The notes under the pieces were generated by a model, which made no database searches, was not told the DNA's origin, and worked only from the letters and a program-made list of their open reading frames with translations. From an uncultured Candidatus Rokubacteria bacterium (GTDB lineage: Bacteria > Methylomirabilota > Methylomirabilia > Rokubacteriales > DASRDR01), in assembly GCA_963826115.1 (NCBI GenBank), contig CAWGVS010000005.1:1536001-1600000 (forward strand): a DNA stretch of 64,000 bases, in the 5' to 3' direction. Numbering within the stretch: position 1 is the stretch's first letter; the number at the start of each line of letters is the position of its first letter. This document shows positions 41,745 through 51,310 of the stretch, one piece after another. Made by a program: the position numbers and the translations under genes.

Positions 41745-42932
41745 TCAGAAGGGGTAGTCGAGGCCGACGTAGATCGCCGCGCCCTCGCGGCTGTAGGCGA
41801 TCTCGATGTGCCCGACGACGCTCGGTGGCGCGAGCCCGCGGAGGCCCAGGCCGGGCGTGACCTCGAAGCGCGTGTCCATGAACTGCTCCGCAGAGTTGAA
41901 CACCTTGCCGAAGTCGACGAACGGCGCGACCTCGAACTCGGCGTCGACGCCGAAGATCTTCATCTTCAGCACCTTGGCTCGGATCTCGGCGTTCAGCAGG
42001 AGCCGCGCGTCGCCGTAGAACCGGTTCTCGCCGAAGCCCCTCAGGGTGTCGACGCTACCGAGGGTCGGCAGGACCTGGAACGGCGTGTTCGAGTCCCCGG
42101 AGGTGCCCTCGAAGAGCCCGCGCGCCACGAAGATCAATCGGCGGTCGAAGAACGGCTGGAGCCAGATCGCCTCCACCCCGGCCTTCAGGTAGTCGGCGTC
42201 GCTCCCGAGGAGCTCGGTGGAGGCCTCCCCGAACAGGCTCAGGAAGAACCCCTCGGTCGGCGTGGTCAGCGAGTTGCGGCTGTCGTAGATCAGCGCGACG
42301 CGCTGCGCGTGGACGGTCGCGCCCTGGACCCCGGGCAGATCCGGGAAGAGGTCGCCCGTGAAGGGCAGGCCCGGCACGCCGCCCTTTCCGACCTCGAACC
42401 GCTGGAGGGTCTCGCCGAGGGACAGCCGCATCGTGCGGGTGATGTTCACGCCGAACAGGGCATAGACCCCGGTCGTCTCGAGGGTCATGTTCGACTCGTC
42501 CTCCTTCTTCGACGAGGGGCCGATGCCGAAGAAGCGGACGGAGGACACGCGCTGGTGCAGGAGCTGGAAGTCGGCGTGGAACCGGCCACCGAACACGTCG
42601 AGGTTCTTGTACTGGAGCTTCAGCTCCCGGTCGATGTGCTCCGAGTACGAGGCGATGATCTCCAGGCGCTCGAGCGCGCTCGCGTACAGAAAGTAGCGGA
42701 ACGTGCCCGTCACGCCTCGGATCTCGTTCCACGTCACCGACGGCGCGATGATGCTCCGGACCTGGCCATCGGCATCCTTGAACATCCACACCGGGAGGAC
42801 CCCGTAGGTCTCGCCCTCGTTCGGGTCGGTGTCGAACGCGGGCAAGGGGAAGAACGAGTACGTGGTCTCCCCGGCCGCCGCGCCGGGCAGCAGGAGCAAG
42901 CAGCCGACGAGGAGCGCGGCGAGAGGCCTCAG
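41745..42932 (-). CDS. Omp85/BamA-TamA-family beta-barrel lacking POTRA domains; probable CTG start
   Basis: Signal peptide LRPLAALLVGCLLLLPGAAAG; LRGF lid motif, NAEIR, FVDFG, terminal YPF; CTGA overlap with the hpnG stop. Confidence 0.8.
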   Translation of the reverse strand: MRPLAALLVGCLLLLPGAAAGETTYSFFPLPAFDTDPNEGETYGVLPVWMFKDADGQVRSIIAPSVTWNEIRGVTGTFRYFLYASALERLEIIASYSEHIDRELKLQYKNLDVFGGRFHADFQLLHQRVSSVRFFGIGPSSKKEDESNMTLETTGVYALFGVNITRTMRLSLGETLQRFEVGKGGVPGLPFTGDLFPDLPGVQGATVHAQRVALIYDSRNSLTTPTEGFFLSLFGEASTELLGSDADYLKAGVEAIWLQPFFDRRLIFVARGLFEGTSGDSNTPFQVLPTLGSVDTLRGFGENRFYGDARLLLNAEIRAKVLKMKIFGVDAEFEVAPFVDFGKVFNSAEQFMDTRFEVTPGLGLRGLAPPSVVGHIEIAYSREGAAIYVGLDYPF

Positions 42933-43666
42933 GGGTCGCCCGGGGTGTCGACGAATGCCCGGAGGAACCGCGCGAGGCTCCCGAGCGCCAGGCGTGAGCG
43001 TTGCCCGAGACGCCACGCGGGGCCGATGAGCGAGGGACGCGCCAGGAGGCGGGCCGCCACCCACGGGCGCGTCCGGCCGTCCGGCCCCACGACCTCGAAG
43101 AGGGCGCGGGGCACCTCGTCCTCCGGGCCGTCGGCGACGGCCCGGACGGTGAGCGCGGGGATCCCGGTCCGCCGGGCCCAATCCAGGACGTGCGCGCTCT
43201 CCATGTCGACGGCCAGCGCGCCTCGCGTCCGCCAGCACTCCGCCTTGGCGGCCGGACTCGTCGCGACCTCGTCCAGCGTGAGGAGCGGGCCGACGCGGTA
43301 GCGGAGGCCCGCGCGCTCCAGGGCGCGCACGGCGCGCCGCCGGAGCCCGGGATCCCCTTCGTTTCCCGGGCGGCCCGCGGCGAGTGTCGTCACGGCGATC
43401 GGCGACCACGACGTCGGCCGGGCGGAGATCCGGCGCGCAGCCGCCGGCGAGCCCGGTCACGAGGAGAGCGCCGGGCATCCCGGGGAGCCGGGGAAGGTCC
43501 ACGCGCGAGAGGGCGACGGCTCGGGGGCCCACGGTGCGGACGGTCAGCCCGCGCCGCGCGGCCGGCGGCAGTCCCCGGAGGAGCCCGCGGGCCTCCAGGG
43601 CGAGGCCGACGACGACGAGGAGACCATCGCCGGGCGGCGGGCGCGTGGGCGGAGCCCCGGCGTCAC
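42929..43666 (-). CDS. hpnG: Adenosylhopane nucleosidase HpnG (PNP/MTA nucleosidase fold), two compensating single-base indels as assembled
   Basis: VGLALEAR, GLAGGC..DLRPADVVVAD, AVDMESA, RAVAD split over frames; GTG 43666 is in frame with stop 42929. Confidence 0.75.
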
Positions 43667-44010
43667 GGCGGCGGAGAAACCGCCGTCCGGCCGGCCTTCT
43701 CCGCCTGCTTCCGGGCGAGCCAGGCGGCGTAGGACTTCCCGGCCGCGGTGTCCTTCCCCGTGAAGAGGATGGTGCGCACCTCCGCAAAGAGGACACGGTA
43801 TGGCCCGCCGCCCTCGGCGTCGAACATCTCGAGGTACGGCTCCGCAGCGTCCGCATCGCGGTTGAACACGTAGCCGTGGAGCTCGGTGCCGTCCCGCCTC
43901 ACGACCGTGGTGTTGCCGCGGTAGTCGAAGGCCAGCTCGACGATGCGGGCGAGAGGGAAGTCGGCGTCCGGCTCGGGCGCCCATCCCTCGAGGGTCTTCT
44001 CGCCCTCCAT
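43663..44010 (-). CDS. Hypothetical protein in hpn operon (115 aa)
   Basis: Coupled to hpnH and hpnG; LAFDYRGNTTV..DG..GYVFNR, FTGKDTAAGKSY; normal codon usage. Confidence 0.8.
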   Translation of the reverse strand: MEGEKTLEGWAPEPDADFPLARIVELAFDYRGNTTVVRRDGTELHGYVFNRDADAAEPYLEMFDAEGGGPYRVLFAEVRTILFTGKDTAAGKSYAAWLARKQAEKAGRTAVSPPP

Positions 44011-45032
44011 CACGCGCGTCCGGTCACGGTGGCCACCACCGTGTCCCGGAATCCGCGCAAGCTCGAGAACGTCTCCTGGACGGCCGTGGCCTCGAACCCG
44101 CAGTGGACCATGCAGTCGCGGCACTTCTCGTTGCCGCTCCGCTTCCCGTAGCGCTCCCAGTGGGTGGTCGCCATCAGGTCCTGGAAGCTCGAGGCGTAGC
44201 CCTCCTGCAGGAGGTAGCAGGGGCGCTGCCAGCCGAACATGTTGAAGGTGGGGTTCCCCCAGGGCGTGCACTCGTAGTCCCGCTTCCCCATGAGGAACTG
44301 GAGGAACAGCGGGGACTGGTTGAACCGCCACCGCCGCTTCGGGCTGGACAGGATGCGGCTGAAGAGATCGTTCGCGCGCTGCTTGCGCAGGAAGTGCTCC
44401 TGGTCCGGGGCCTTGGAGTAGCTGTAGCCCGGTGAGACCATCATCCCCTCGACGCCCAGGTCCATCATCGCGTCGAAGAACTGCCGGACCCGCTCGGGGT
44501 TGGCGCCCTCGAACAGGGTGGTGTTCGTCGTCACGCGGAACCCGCGGCGGAGCGCCTCCCGGATCCCCTCGACCGCCTGGTCGAACACGCCGTCCTTGCA
44601 GACCGCCTCGTCGTGCTCCTCCCGGAGGCCGTCCATGTGGATGCTGAAGGAGAGGTACTTGGACGGCGTGAAGAGCCCGGTCTCGAGCTTCTCCTTCAGG
44701 AGGATGGCGTTCGTGCAGAGGTAGACGTACTTCCTCCGCGCCACCAGCTCGGCCACGAGCCGTCCGATGTCGGGGTACATCAGCGGCTCGCCGCCCGGGA
44801 TCGACACGATCGGGGCACCGCACTCGTCGACCGCCTTGAGGCACTGCTCGACCGTCACGTGCTTCCGGAGGATCTGGCCCGGGTACTGGATCTTCCCGCA
44901 GCCCGCACAGGCGAGGTTGCACCGGAACAGCGGCTCGAGCATGAGGACGAGGGGGTATCGCTTCCGGCCGCGGAAGCGCTGCGCGAGCACGTAGCTCGCC
45001 ACGGTCCACATCTGCGAAATAGGTACGCTCAT
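44010..45032 (-). CDS. hpnH: Radical SAM adenosyl-hopene transferase HpnH
   Basis: YPLVLMLEPLFRCNLACAGCGKIQYP, GGEPL, CTPWGNPT, CMVHCGFE. Confidence 0.97.
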   Translation of the reverse strand: MSVPISQMWTVASYVLAQRFRGRKRYPLVLMLEPLFRCNLACAGCGKIQYPGQILRKHVTVEQCLKAVDECGAPIVSIPGGEPLMYPDIGRLVAELVARRKYVYLCTNAILLKEKLETGLFTPSKYLSFSIHMDGLREEHDEAVCKDGVFDQAVEGIREALRRGFRVTTNTTLFEGANPERVRQFFDAMMDLGVEGMMVSPGYSYSKAPDQEHFLRKQRANDLFSRILSSPKRRWRFNQSPLFLQFLMGKRDYECTPWGNPTFNMFGWQRPCYLLQEGYASSFQDLMATTHWERYGKRSGNEKCRDCMVHCGFEATAVQETFSSLRGFRDTVVATVTGRA

Positions 45033-45051
45033 AGGCTCCGTTCGCGGGGTC

Positions 45052-45873
45052 TCACGCGGGCTCGCCGGCGCGCGCCGGCGGCCGCCGACCCGTCGACCGC
45101 TCCCGCGACCGTAGAGAGCATACTACAAGGCCCGCCAGCGGCACGTGGATGAGGGTCCCCGCTAACAGGAGACCGGGCTCGGCCACCGCGGCCGTGACCG
45201 CCAGGTTGAAGACCAGCACGAGGTAGTAGAGCCCGACGGCCTGGCGCTCGTGCGGGGGCCAGCGCCGGCCCCACGCGGGGGGCGCGCCGCCGACGCGGGG
45301 CGCGATGGCGGCCCAGCCCCAGGCGATCAGGAAGCCGACGACCACCCAGCCTCCGAAGTTCGCCGCGGGGACGCCGAAGTACCAGCCCGGCTCCGGGTAG
45401 TAGAAGATCCGCCCGAGAAACCACCGCTCCCCCCGCACCGCCAGCGGGTCGATCACGACGTCGAGCCACATCATCAGGAGGCCCGTGAGCGCCGCCACGC
45501 GGAGGCCGGCGCCGGGCCCGGCGGCGCGCCCGCCGAGAAGCTGCCTTGCCAGCCCGAGGCTCGCGTACGCGAGGAAGGTGAAGGACAGAAAGTCGAAGAG
45601 CGGCACGTTCGAGACGTACAGCTCGCGCCCGGCCGTCCCCCCCGTGTAGTGGTACAGGCCGAACGGGACGCCGGTGCGGGTCGAGCTCCACTCGGCGAGG
45701 AACGCGAGGCTTCCCGCCCACGCGGTGAAGGCGACCGCGCGCCGCCACCCCCACGCCGCGGTCGCCGCGGTCAGGTAGACGGCGAGGAACCCGAACACGT
45801 ACGGGCGCAGCGCGAGGCTGCCCCACGCGCGCCCGAGCGTCTCGACGAGGAAAAGGTGGTCGCCGCCGCCCAT
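45052..45873 (-). CDS. CruF-like carotenoid biosynthesis (hydratase-type) membrane protein
   Basis: AEWSSTRTGVPFGLYHY, DVVIDPLAV, YFGVPAANFGGW; alt start 45891. Confidence 0.75.
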   Translation of the reverse strand: MGGGDHLFLVETLGRAWGSLALRPYVFGFLAVYLTAATAAWGWRRAVAFTAWAGSLAFLAEWSSTRTGVPFGLYHYTGGTAGRELYVSNVPLFDFLSFTFLAYASLGLARQLLGGRAAGPGAGLRVAALTGLLMMWLDVVIDPLAVRGERWFLGRIFYYPEPGWYFGVPAANFGGWVVVGFLIAWGWAAIAPRVGGAPPAWGRRWPPHERQAVGLYYLVLVFNLAVTAAVAEPGLLLAGTLIHVPLAGLVVCSLRSRERSTGRRPPARAGEPA

Positions 45874-45890
45874 CGGCCCCGAGCCACCCA

Positions 45891-45899
45891 TGCTACACT
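45891..45899 (+). promoter_or_regulatory. Putative extended -10 element for shc
   Basis: TG-C-TACACT 27 nt upstream of ATG 45927. Confidence 0.45.
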
Positions 45900-45926
45900 A
45901 ACCGTCGGCCTGCCGGACCAACGACC

Positions 45927-47819
45927 ATGCTAGATACGAGCCGAGTCGACGCGGCGCTTCAGCGCTCGCAGGACCATCTGCTGCGGCTCCAGGCCCCGGC
46001 CGGTTTCTGGCTCGGGGAGCTCGAGGCCGACACCACCATCACGTCCGAGTATCTGCTGCTCCGCCATCTCCTGGGGACCCCGGACCGTGACCTCGAGCGG
46101 CGGGCGCTCCCCTACCTCCGAGATCGGCAGGGCTCCGACGGCTCCTGGAACCTCTACGAGGCCGGCGCGGGCGATCTCTCCGCGACCATCAAGGCCTACT
46201 TCGCCATGAAGATGGCCGGCGTCTCGCAGAACGACCCGGCGCTCTCCCGAGCGCGCGAGTGGGTGCTGGAGCGCGGTGGCCCCACCCAGGCCAACGTGTT
46301 CACCAAGATCACCCTCGCGCTGTTCGGGCAGTACCCGTGGGGCGGCGTGCCGGCGATGCCGGTCGAGATCATGCTCCTCCCCCGCTGGTCCTACTTCAAC
46401 GTCTGGGAGATCTCCTACTGGTCGCGGACCGTCCTCATCCCGCTCCTCATCGTGATGGACCGCCGGCCGCTCCACCCCGTCCCACGCGAGGCGGGGATCG
46501 ACGAGCTGTGGGCCCACCACCTCCATCTCGACGATCCGGCCTACGCGCGGCGCGGGCTCGTCTCGTGGAAGAACGTCTTCATCGGCATCGACGGCTTCCT
46601 GAAAACGTGGGAGGGCTTCGGCCCGCGGCCCTGGAGGGGTCAAGCGATCCGGGCGGCTCACGACTGGCTGGTGCCCCGGATGTCGGTGCCCGGTGGTCTG
46701 GGCGGGATCTACCCCGCCATGGTGAACGGGATCCTCGCGATGCGGCTCCTGGGCTACCCGGACGACCACAGCCTGATCACCGGTCAGCTCAAGGAGATCG
46801 AGGCCCTCGGCATCGAGGAGCCGCAGCGCTTCCACATGCAGCCATGCGTCTCCCCGGTCTGGGACACGTCGCTGGCCGTCAACGCGCTCCTTGCGTCCGG
46901 GCTGCCGGCCGGACACCCGGCCCTCGTCCGCGCGTCGGACTGGCTCCTGGACCGCCAGGTCGTGGCGGAGCCGGGCGACTGGCAGGTCAAGCGCCCAGGG
47001 CTCGAGTCCGGCGGGTGGGCCTTCCAGTTCGACAACCCCTACTACCCGGACCTCGACGACACCGCGGTGGTCGCGATGGGGCTCCACCAGATCGATCACC
47101 CCGATGACGGCCGGCGGCGCCTGGCCATCGAGCGCGCCGTCCGGTGGCTCCGGGGGATGCAGGGCAAGGACGGGGGCTGGGCGTCGTTCGACACCGACCA
47201 GACGCGCCTCCTGTTCAACAACATCCCCTTCGCGGACCACGGCGCGCTCCTCGATCCGGCCACCGAGGACCTCACCGCACGCTGCATCGACTGCTTCGGA
47301 CGGCTCGGCGTGCCCGTCGACGATCCGGCGATCCAGCGCGGGGTCGCGTTCCTCCGCCGCACGCAGACCGCCGAGGGCGCGTGGCACGGTCGCTGGGGCG
47401 TGAACTACCTCTACGGCACCTGGTCGGTGCTGCGCGCCTGCGAGGCGATCGGGCTCGGCCCGGAGGACCCGATGGTCAAGCGGGCGATCCGGTGGCTCGA
47501 GGCTCGCCAGAACCCCGACGGGGGCTGGGGCGAGACGTGCGACTCGTACGCCGACCCGCCCTTGAAGGGCCGCGGGATCTCGGGGCCCAGCCAGACGGCC
47601 TGGGCCCTCCTCGGGCTGATGGCCGCGGGACAGGCGCGCAGCTCCGCGGTCGAGCGTGGGATCGGGTTCCTCGTGCGGACCCAGCGCGCGGACGGCGGGT
47701 GGGACGACGCCCTGTGGAATGGGACCGGCTTCCCCCGGGTCTTCTACCTGCAGTACCATCTCTACGCCCACTACTTCCCGCTGTGGGCGCTCGGGACCTG
47801 GCGCCGGGTCACGCCGTAG
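45927..47819 (+). CDS. shc: Squalene-hopene cyclase
   Basis: YPDLDDTA (DXDD), QW repeats, SPVWDT, NNIPFADH, GTGFPRVFYL. Confidence 0.98.
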   Translation: MLDTSRVDAALQRSQDHLLRLQAPAGFWLGELEADTTITSEYLLLRHLLGTPDRDLERRALPYLRDRQGSDGSWNLYEAGAGDLSATIKAYFAMKMAGVSQNDPALSRAREWVLERGGPTQANVFTKITLALFGQYPWGGVPAMPVEIMLLPRWSYFNVWEISYWSRTVLIPLLIVMDRRPLHPVPREAGIDELWAHHLHLDDPAYARRGLVSWKNVFIGIDGFLKTWEGFGPRPWRGQAIRAAHDWLVPRMSVPGGLGGIYPAMVNGILAMRLLGYPDDHSLITGQLKEIEALGIEEPQRFHMQPCVSPVWDTSLAVNALLASGLPAGHPALVRASDWLLDRQVVAEPGDWQVKRPGLESGGWAFQFDNPYYPDLDDTAVVAMGLHQIDHPDDGRRRLAIERAVRWLRGMQGKDGGWASFDTDQTRLLFNNIPFADHGALLDPATEDLTARCIDCFGRLGVPVDDPAIQRGVAFLRRTQTAEGAWHGRWGVNYLYGTWSVLRACEAIGLGPEDPMVKRAIRWLEARQNPDGGWGETCDSYADPPLKGRGISGPSQTAWALLGLMAAGQARSSAVERGIGFLVRTQRADGGWDDALWNGTGFPRVFYLQYHLYAHYFPLWALGTWRRVTP

Positions 47820-47857
47820 AGCCCGGCGGGAGCCCGTCCACAGTTCGTTCACCGCGA

Positions 47858-48643
47858 ATGTCCGGCTCGCTCGTCCTCGACTCCATTCAGGGTCTCGGGC
47901 GGTTCGGCCTCGACACCCTCTCGGCGCTCGGGCGGTTCGGCGTCTTCCTGGGGGAGGCGCTCCGCTGGGCGGTGGTCCCCCCGTTCAAGGTCCGCCAGAC
48001 GATCCAGCGGATCTGGTTCATCGGCTTCCGATCGATGTCGGTCATCCTCCTGACCGGCGCGTTCACGGGAATGGTGCTCGGGCTCCAGGGCATGCTGATG
48101 CTGCAGCGGGTCGGCTCCGAGGCCTTCGTCGGCCCGCTGGTGGCCATCGCGCTCGTGCGGGAGCTGGGGCCGGTGCTGGCCGCACTCATGGTGACCGGGC
48201 GCGCCGGCTCGGCGCTGGCCGCCGAGATCGGCGTCATGCGCATCACCGAGCAGATCGACGCCCTGACCGTCATGGCGCTGAACCCGATGCGGTACCTGGT
48301 GGTGCCGACCCTGGTGGCGGGTGTGATCGCCCTGCCCCTCCTGACCTGGGTGTTCGACGTGGTCGGCATCTACGGCGGCTACCTCGTGACCGTGAAGCTC
48401 TTCGGGATGTCGTCGGGCACCTACTTCGGGCAGATCCGGGCCTTCCTCGACACCGGCGACATCTGGGTCGGGTTCTGGAAGGCACTCGTCTTCGGGCTCG
48501 TCATCACCTGGGTCGCCTGCTACAAGGGGTTTCACGTCGGCCACGGCGCCGAGGGCGTCGGACGCGCCACGACCGAGTCGGTCGTGCTCGCGTCGGTGCT
48601 CATCCTGGTGCTCGACTACCTCCTCGGCTCGGTGCTCCCGTGA
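47858..48643 (+). CDS. mlaE: MlaE-family lipid ABC permease
   Basis: RELGPVLAALMVTGRAGS, MRITEQIDAL, GAEGVGRATT. Confidence 0.93.
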   Translation: MSGSLVLDSIQGLGRFGLDTLSALGRFGVFLGEALRWAVVPPFKVRQTIQRIWFIGFRSMSVILLTGAFTGMVLGLQGMLMLQRVGSEAFVGPLVAIALVRELGPVLAALMVTGRAGSALAAEIGVMRITEQIDALTVMALNPMRYLVVPTLVAGVIALPLLTWVFDVVGIYGGYLVTVKLFGMSSGTYFGQIRAFLDTGDIWVGFWKALVFGLVITWVACYKGFHVGHGAEGVGRATTESVVLASVLILVLDYLLGSVLP

Positions 48644-49401
48644 CCGGCTCCGCCGCGCCCGCCATGCGGGTGGAGGGGCTCCGCAAGCGCTTCGGGAGCC
48701 AGGAGGTCCTGCGCGGCATCGACCTCGAGATCGCCCCGTCCGAGCTGATGGTCGTCATCGGGCGCTCGGGCGGCGGCAAGTCGGTGTTCCTGCGGCACCT
48801 GCTCGGGCTGGTCCGGCCCGACGGCGGGCGCGTGCTGATCGACGGCGAGGACGTCGGGCGCCTCCGCGGGCAGGCCCTCGACCGCGTGCGCGAGCGCTTC
48901 GGCGTCGTGTTCCAGGGCGGCGCCCTGTTCGACTCCTCGACGGTGCTCGAGAACGTGCTGTTCCCGATCCGGGAGCGCCGGCGGTACCCCGCGGGCGAGC
49001 TCCTGCCTCGCGCCCACGAGGCGCTGGCGCAGGTCGGGCTCGGCGAGATGGGCCACAAGTTCCCGGCCGAGATCTCGGGCGGCATGCGCAAGCGCGTGGC
49101 CATCGCGCGCGCGCTGGTCACCGAGCCCCAGGTGGTGTTCCTCGACGAGCCGACCACGGGGCTCGATCCGATTCTGGTCAACTCCATCCATCACCTGATC
49201 GTCGGTCTGCATCGAAAGTTCGGCTTCACGGCCGTCATGGTCAGCCACGAGATCCCGGAGATCTTCAAGATCGCCGACCGCGTCGCCATGCTGCACGAGG
49301 GGCGGATCCACGTCGTCGGCAGTCCCGAGGAGATCCAGGGCTCGACTGATCCGGCCGTGCGACGATTCATCCACGGCGAGGTCGAGGAGCAGGCAGTCTA
49401 G
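48640..49401 (+). CDS. mlaF: MlaF-family ABC ATPase
   Basis: GRSGGGKS, FQGGALFDS, ISGGMRKR, DEPTTGLDP (alt start 48664). Confidence 0.93.
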   Translation: MTGSAAPAMRVEGLRKRFGSQEVLRGIDLEIAPSELMVVIGRSGGGKSVFLRHLLGLVRPDGGRVLIDGEDVGRLRGQALDRVRERFGVVFQGGALFDSSTVLENVLFPIRERRRYPAGELLPRAHEALAQVGLGEMGHKFPAEISGGMRKRVAIARALVTEPQVVFLDEPTTGLDPILVNSIHHLIVGLHRKFGFTAVMVSHEIPEIFKIADRVAMLHEGRIHVVGSPEEIQGSTDPAVRRFIHGEVEEQAV

Positions 49402-49432
49402 TCGGAGCGCTGGAAGGAGGCCGGACGGCGCC

Positions 49433-49870
49433 ATGGGTCGACGAGTGGAGCTTGGGGTCGGGCTGTTCATGGTCGTGGGAGTTCTGGCACTGGCGTACCT
49501 GTCCATGAACCTGGGCCGGGTCGACGTCCTGGGGCGACAGGGGTACGTCGTCTACGCGGACTTCCCCACCGTCGGGGGGCTGAAGTCGGGCGCCGCGGTG
49601 GAGATCGCCGGCGTCTCGGTCGGGCGCGTGCAGTCGATCGGGCTCAAGGACTACCAGGCCCGGGTGACGCTCCGGATCGACACCGACGTGAAGCTCCAGA
49701 CCGACGCGATCGCGTCGATCAAGACCAAGGGCCTCATCGGTGAGAAGTTCGTCCAGATCAGCCCCGGGGGGTCGGAGAAGCTGGTCCCCGCCGGCGGACG
49801 CCTGACCGAGGTCGAGGCGCCCGTCGACATCGAGGAGTTGATCTCGAAGTACGTCTTCGGCAAGGTGTAG
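49433..49870 (+). CDS. mlaD: Single-MCE-domain MlaD
   Basis: N-terminal TM, GGLKSGAAVEIAGV, GLIGEKFV, PGG. Confidence 0.93.
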   Translation: MGRRVELGVGLFMVVGVLALAYLSMNLGRVDVLGRQGYVVYADFPTVGGLKSGAAVEIAGVSVGRVQSIGLKDYQARVTLRIDTDVKLQTDAIASIKTKGLIGEKFVQISPGGSEKLVPAGGRLTEVEAPVDIEELISKYVFGKV

Positions 49871-49874
49871 AGCC

Positions 49875-51284
49875 ATGCGCCAGCCGCGGCTGTCCGCTCG
49901 GGACGCGCTTCTCGCCGTCGCCCTGGTCTCCGCGCTGCTCCCGGGGATCGCCGGCGCTCAGGGCCAGAGCCCCGCCCCGGCGTCGAACGCCGTGCGCATG
50001 AACCTCGAGGACAGCCTGCGCGCAGCGCTCGGGCGGAGCCCGGAGACGCGCCAGGCGATCGCCGAGGTCGAGGGCTATCGCGGCAAGCAGCTCCAGGCCC
50101 TCGGGATCGGACGCCCGCAGATCGAGCTCCAGACGGTGGTCGGCCCGTCGCCCCGCGCCCGCGGCAACCAGGTCTCCTCGCCCGACGACCAGTACTCCCC
50201 GGACATCACCGGGGCGTTCGTCCGGGGCACGGTCAGCGTCCTCCAGCCGATCTTCACTTGGGGCCTGATCGAGAACGCCCGCATGGCCGCCGATCACGGC
50301 GTGCGCGCCGCGCAGGCGGGCGTTGACGTCAAGAGCACCGAGGTCGCGCTCCGCGTGAAGCAGGCGTACTGGGGCGCGGTGACCGCCAAGGCGATCCGCG
50401 CCTTCCTCCTCGAGGTTCGGGACCAGGTCGACCTGGCGATCGCGCGGACCGAGCGGCTGGTCGAGGGCGGGTACGCGACCGACATCGACCTCTACCGGTT
50501 CCGCTCCAAGCGCGGCGAGCTCGAGCGGTTCATCAACCTCGCGGACAAGACGGTCGACATCGCCACCCAGGCTCTGGGAACGTGGACGGGCAAGCCCAGG
50601 GGAGTGCCGGTCGACCCGGCGGACGAGATGCTCCCCGAGACCGTGACGCGCATCCCGGCGGTGGATCAGTACGTCGAGACCGCGCTGTCGGGCCGGCCCG
50701 AGTTCTCCCAGCTCCGGGAGGGCATCGAGGCCCGGCGGCGGCTGGTGGAGGTCGAGCGCAAGCAGGGCTATCCGCTCTTCTTCGTCGGCATCCTCGGCGA
50801 TCTGGCGTATGCGACGAACCGGGATCGTCTCGAGAACCCCTACGTCATCGATCCCCTGTACCACACCGCGGTCGGGCCGGTGATCGGCTTCAAGTACAGC
50901 CTCGACTTCGGCATCCGCGCGGGCAAGATCAAGGAGGCGCAGGCCGAGGTCCAGAAGCTCGAGGCCTTGCGCGACCACGCGCTCGACGGGATCCCGCTCC
51001 AGGTCCGCGACGCGTACAACACCGTCGTGGAGTCCGAGCGGAACATGCGGGTCCTGTCCGAGGCCTTCGACAACGCCAAGCAGTGGCTGGTCGCCAGCTC
51101 GTCGAACACGGACCTGGGGGTCGGCGATCCCGACGACCTGGCGGACGCCTTCGTGCAGTACGCTCGCACGCGCGCCGACTACCTCCAGGCGGTCTACGCC
51201 TACGTCTTCGGTCTCGAGCAGCTCGCCCATGCGGCGGGCCAGGACGTCGCCGAGGTGCAGCGGCTGTCCACGCTCAAGCCGTGA
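49875..51284 (+). CDS. TolC-family outer membrane channel
   Basis: Signal peptide; two repeats with QPIFTWG, VKQAYW, VRDAY; long amphipathic helices. Confidence 0.85.
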   Translation: MRQPRLSARDALLAVALVSALLPGIAGAQGQSPAPASNAVRMNLEDSLRAALGRSPETRQAIAEVEGYRGKQLQALGIGRPQIELQTVVGPSPRARGNQVSSPDDQYSPDITGAFVRGTVSVLQPIFTWGLIENARMAADHGVRAAQAGVDVKSTEVALRVKQAYWGAVTAKAIRAFLLEVRDQVDLAIARTERLVEGGYATDIDLYRFRSKRGELERFINLADKTVDIATQALGTWTGKPRGVPVDPADEMLPETVTRIPAVDQYVETALSGRPEFSQLREGIEARRRLVEVERKQGYPLFFVGILGDLAYATNRDRLENPYVIDPLYHTAVGPVIGFKYSLDFGIRAGKIKEAQAEVQKLEALRDHALDGIPLQVRDAYNTVVESERNMRVLSEAFDNAKQWLVASSSNTDLGVGDPDDLADAFVQYARTRADYLQAVYAYVFGLEQLAHAAGQDVAEVQRLSTLKP

Positions 51285-51310
51285 GAGACTCTTTCCGGAG
51301 GACCGAACGC

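Noticed and set aside
41745-43856. Apparent HpnG-N-terminus/Omp85 fusion (703 aa)
   Set aside because: Explained by indels in hpnG placing its N-terminal half in the Omp85 frame; the barrel has its own signal peptide at about 42932
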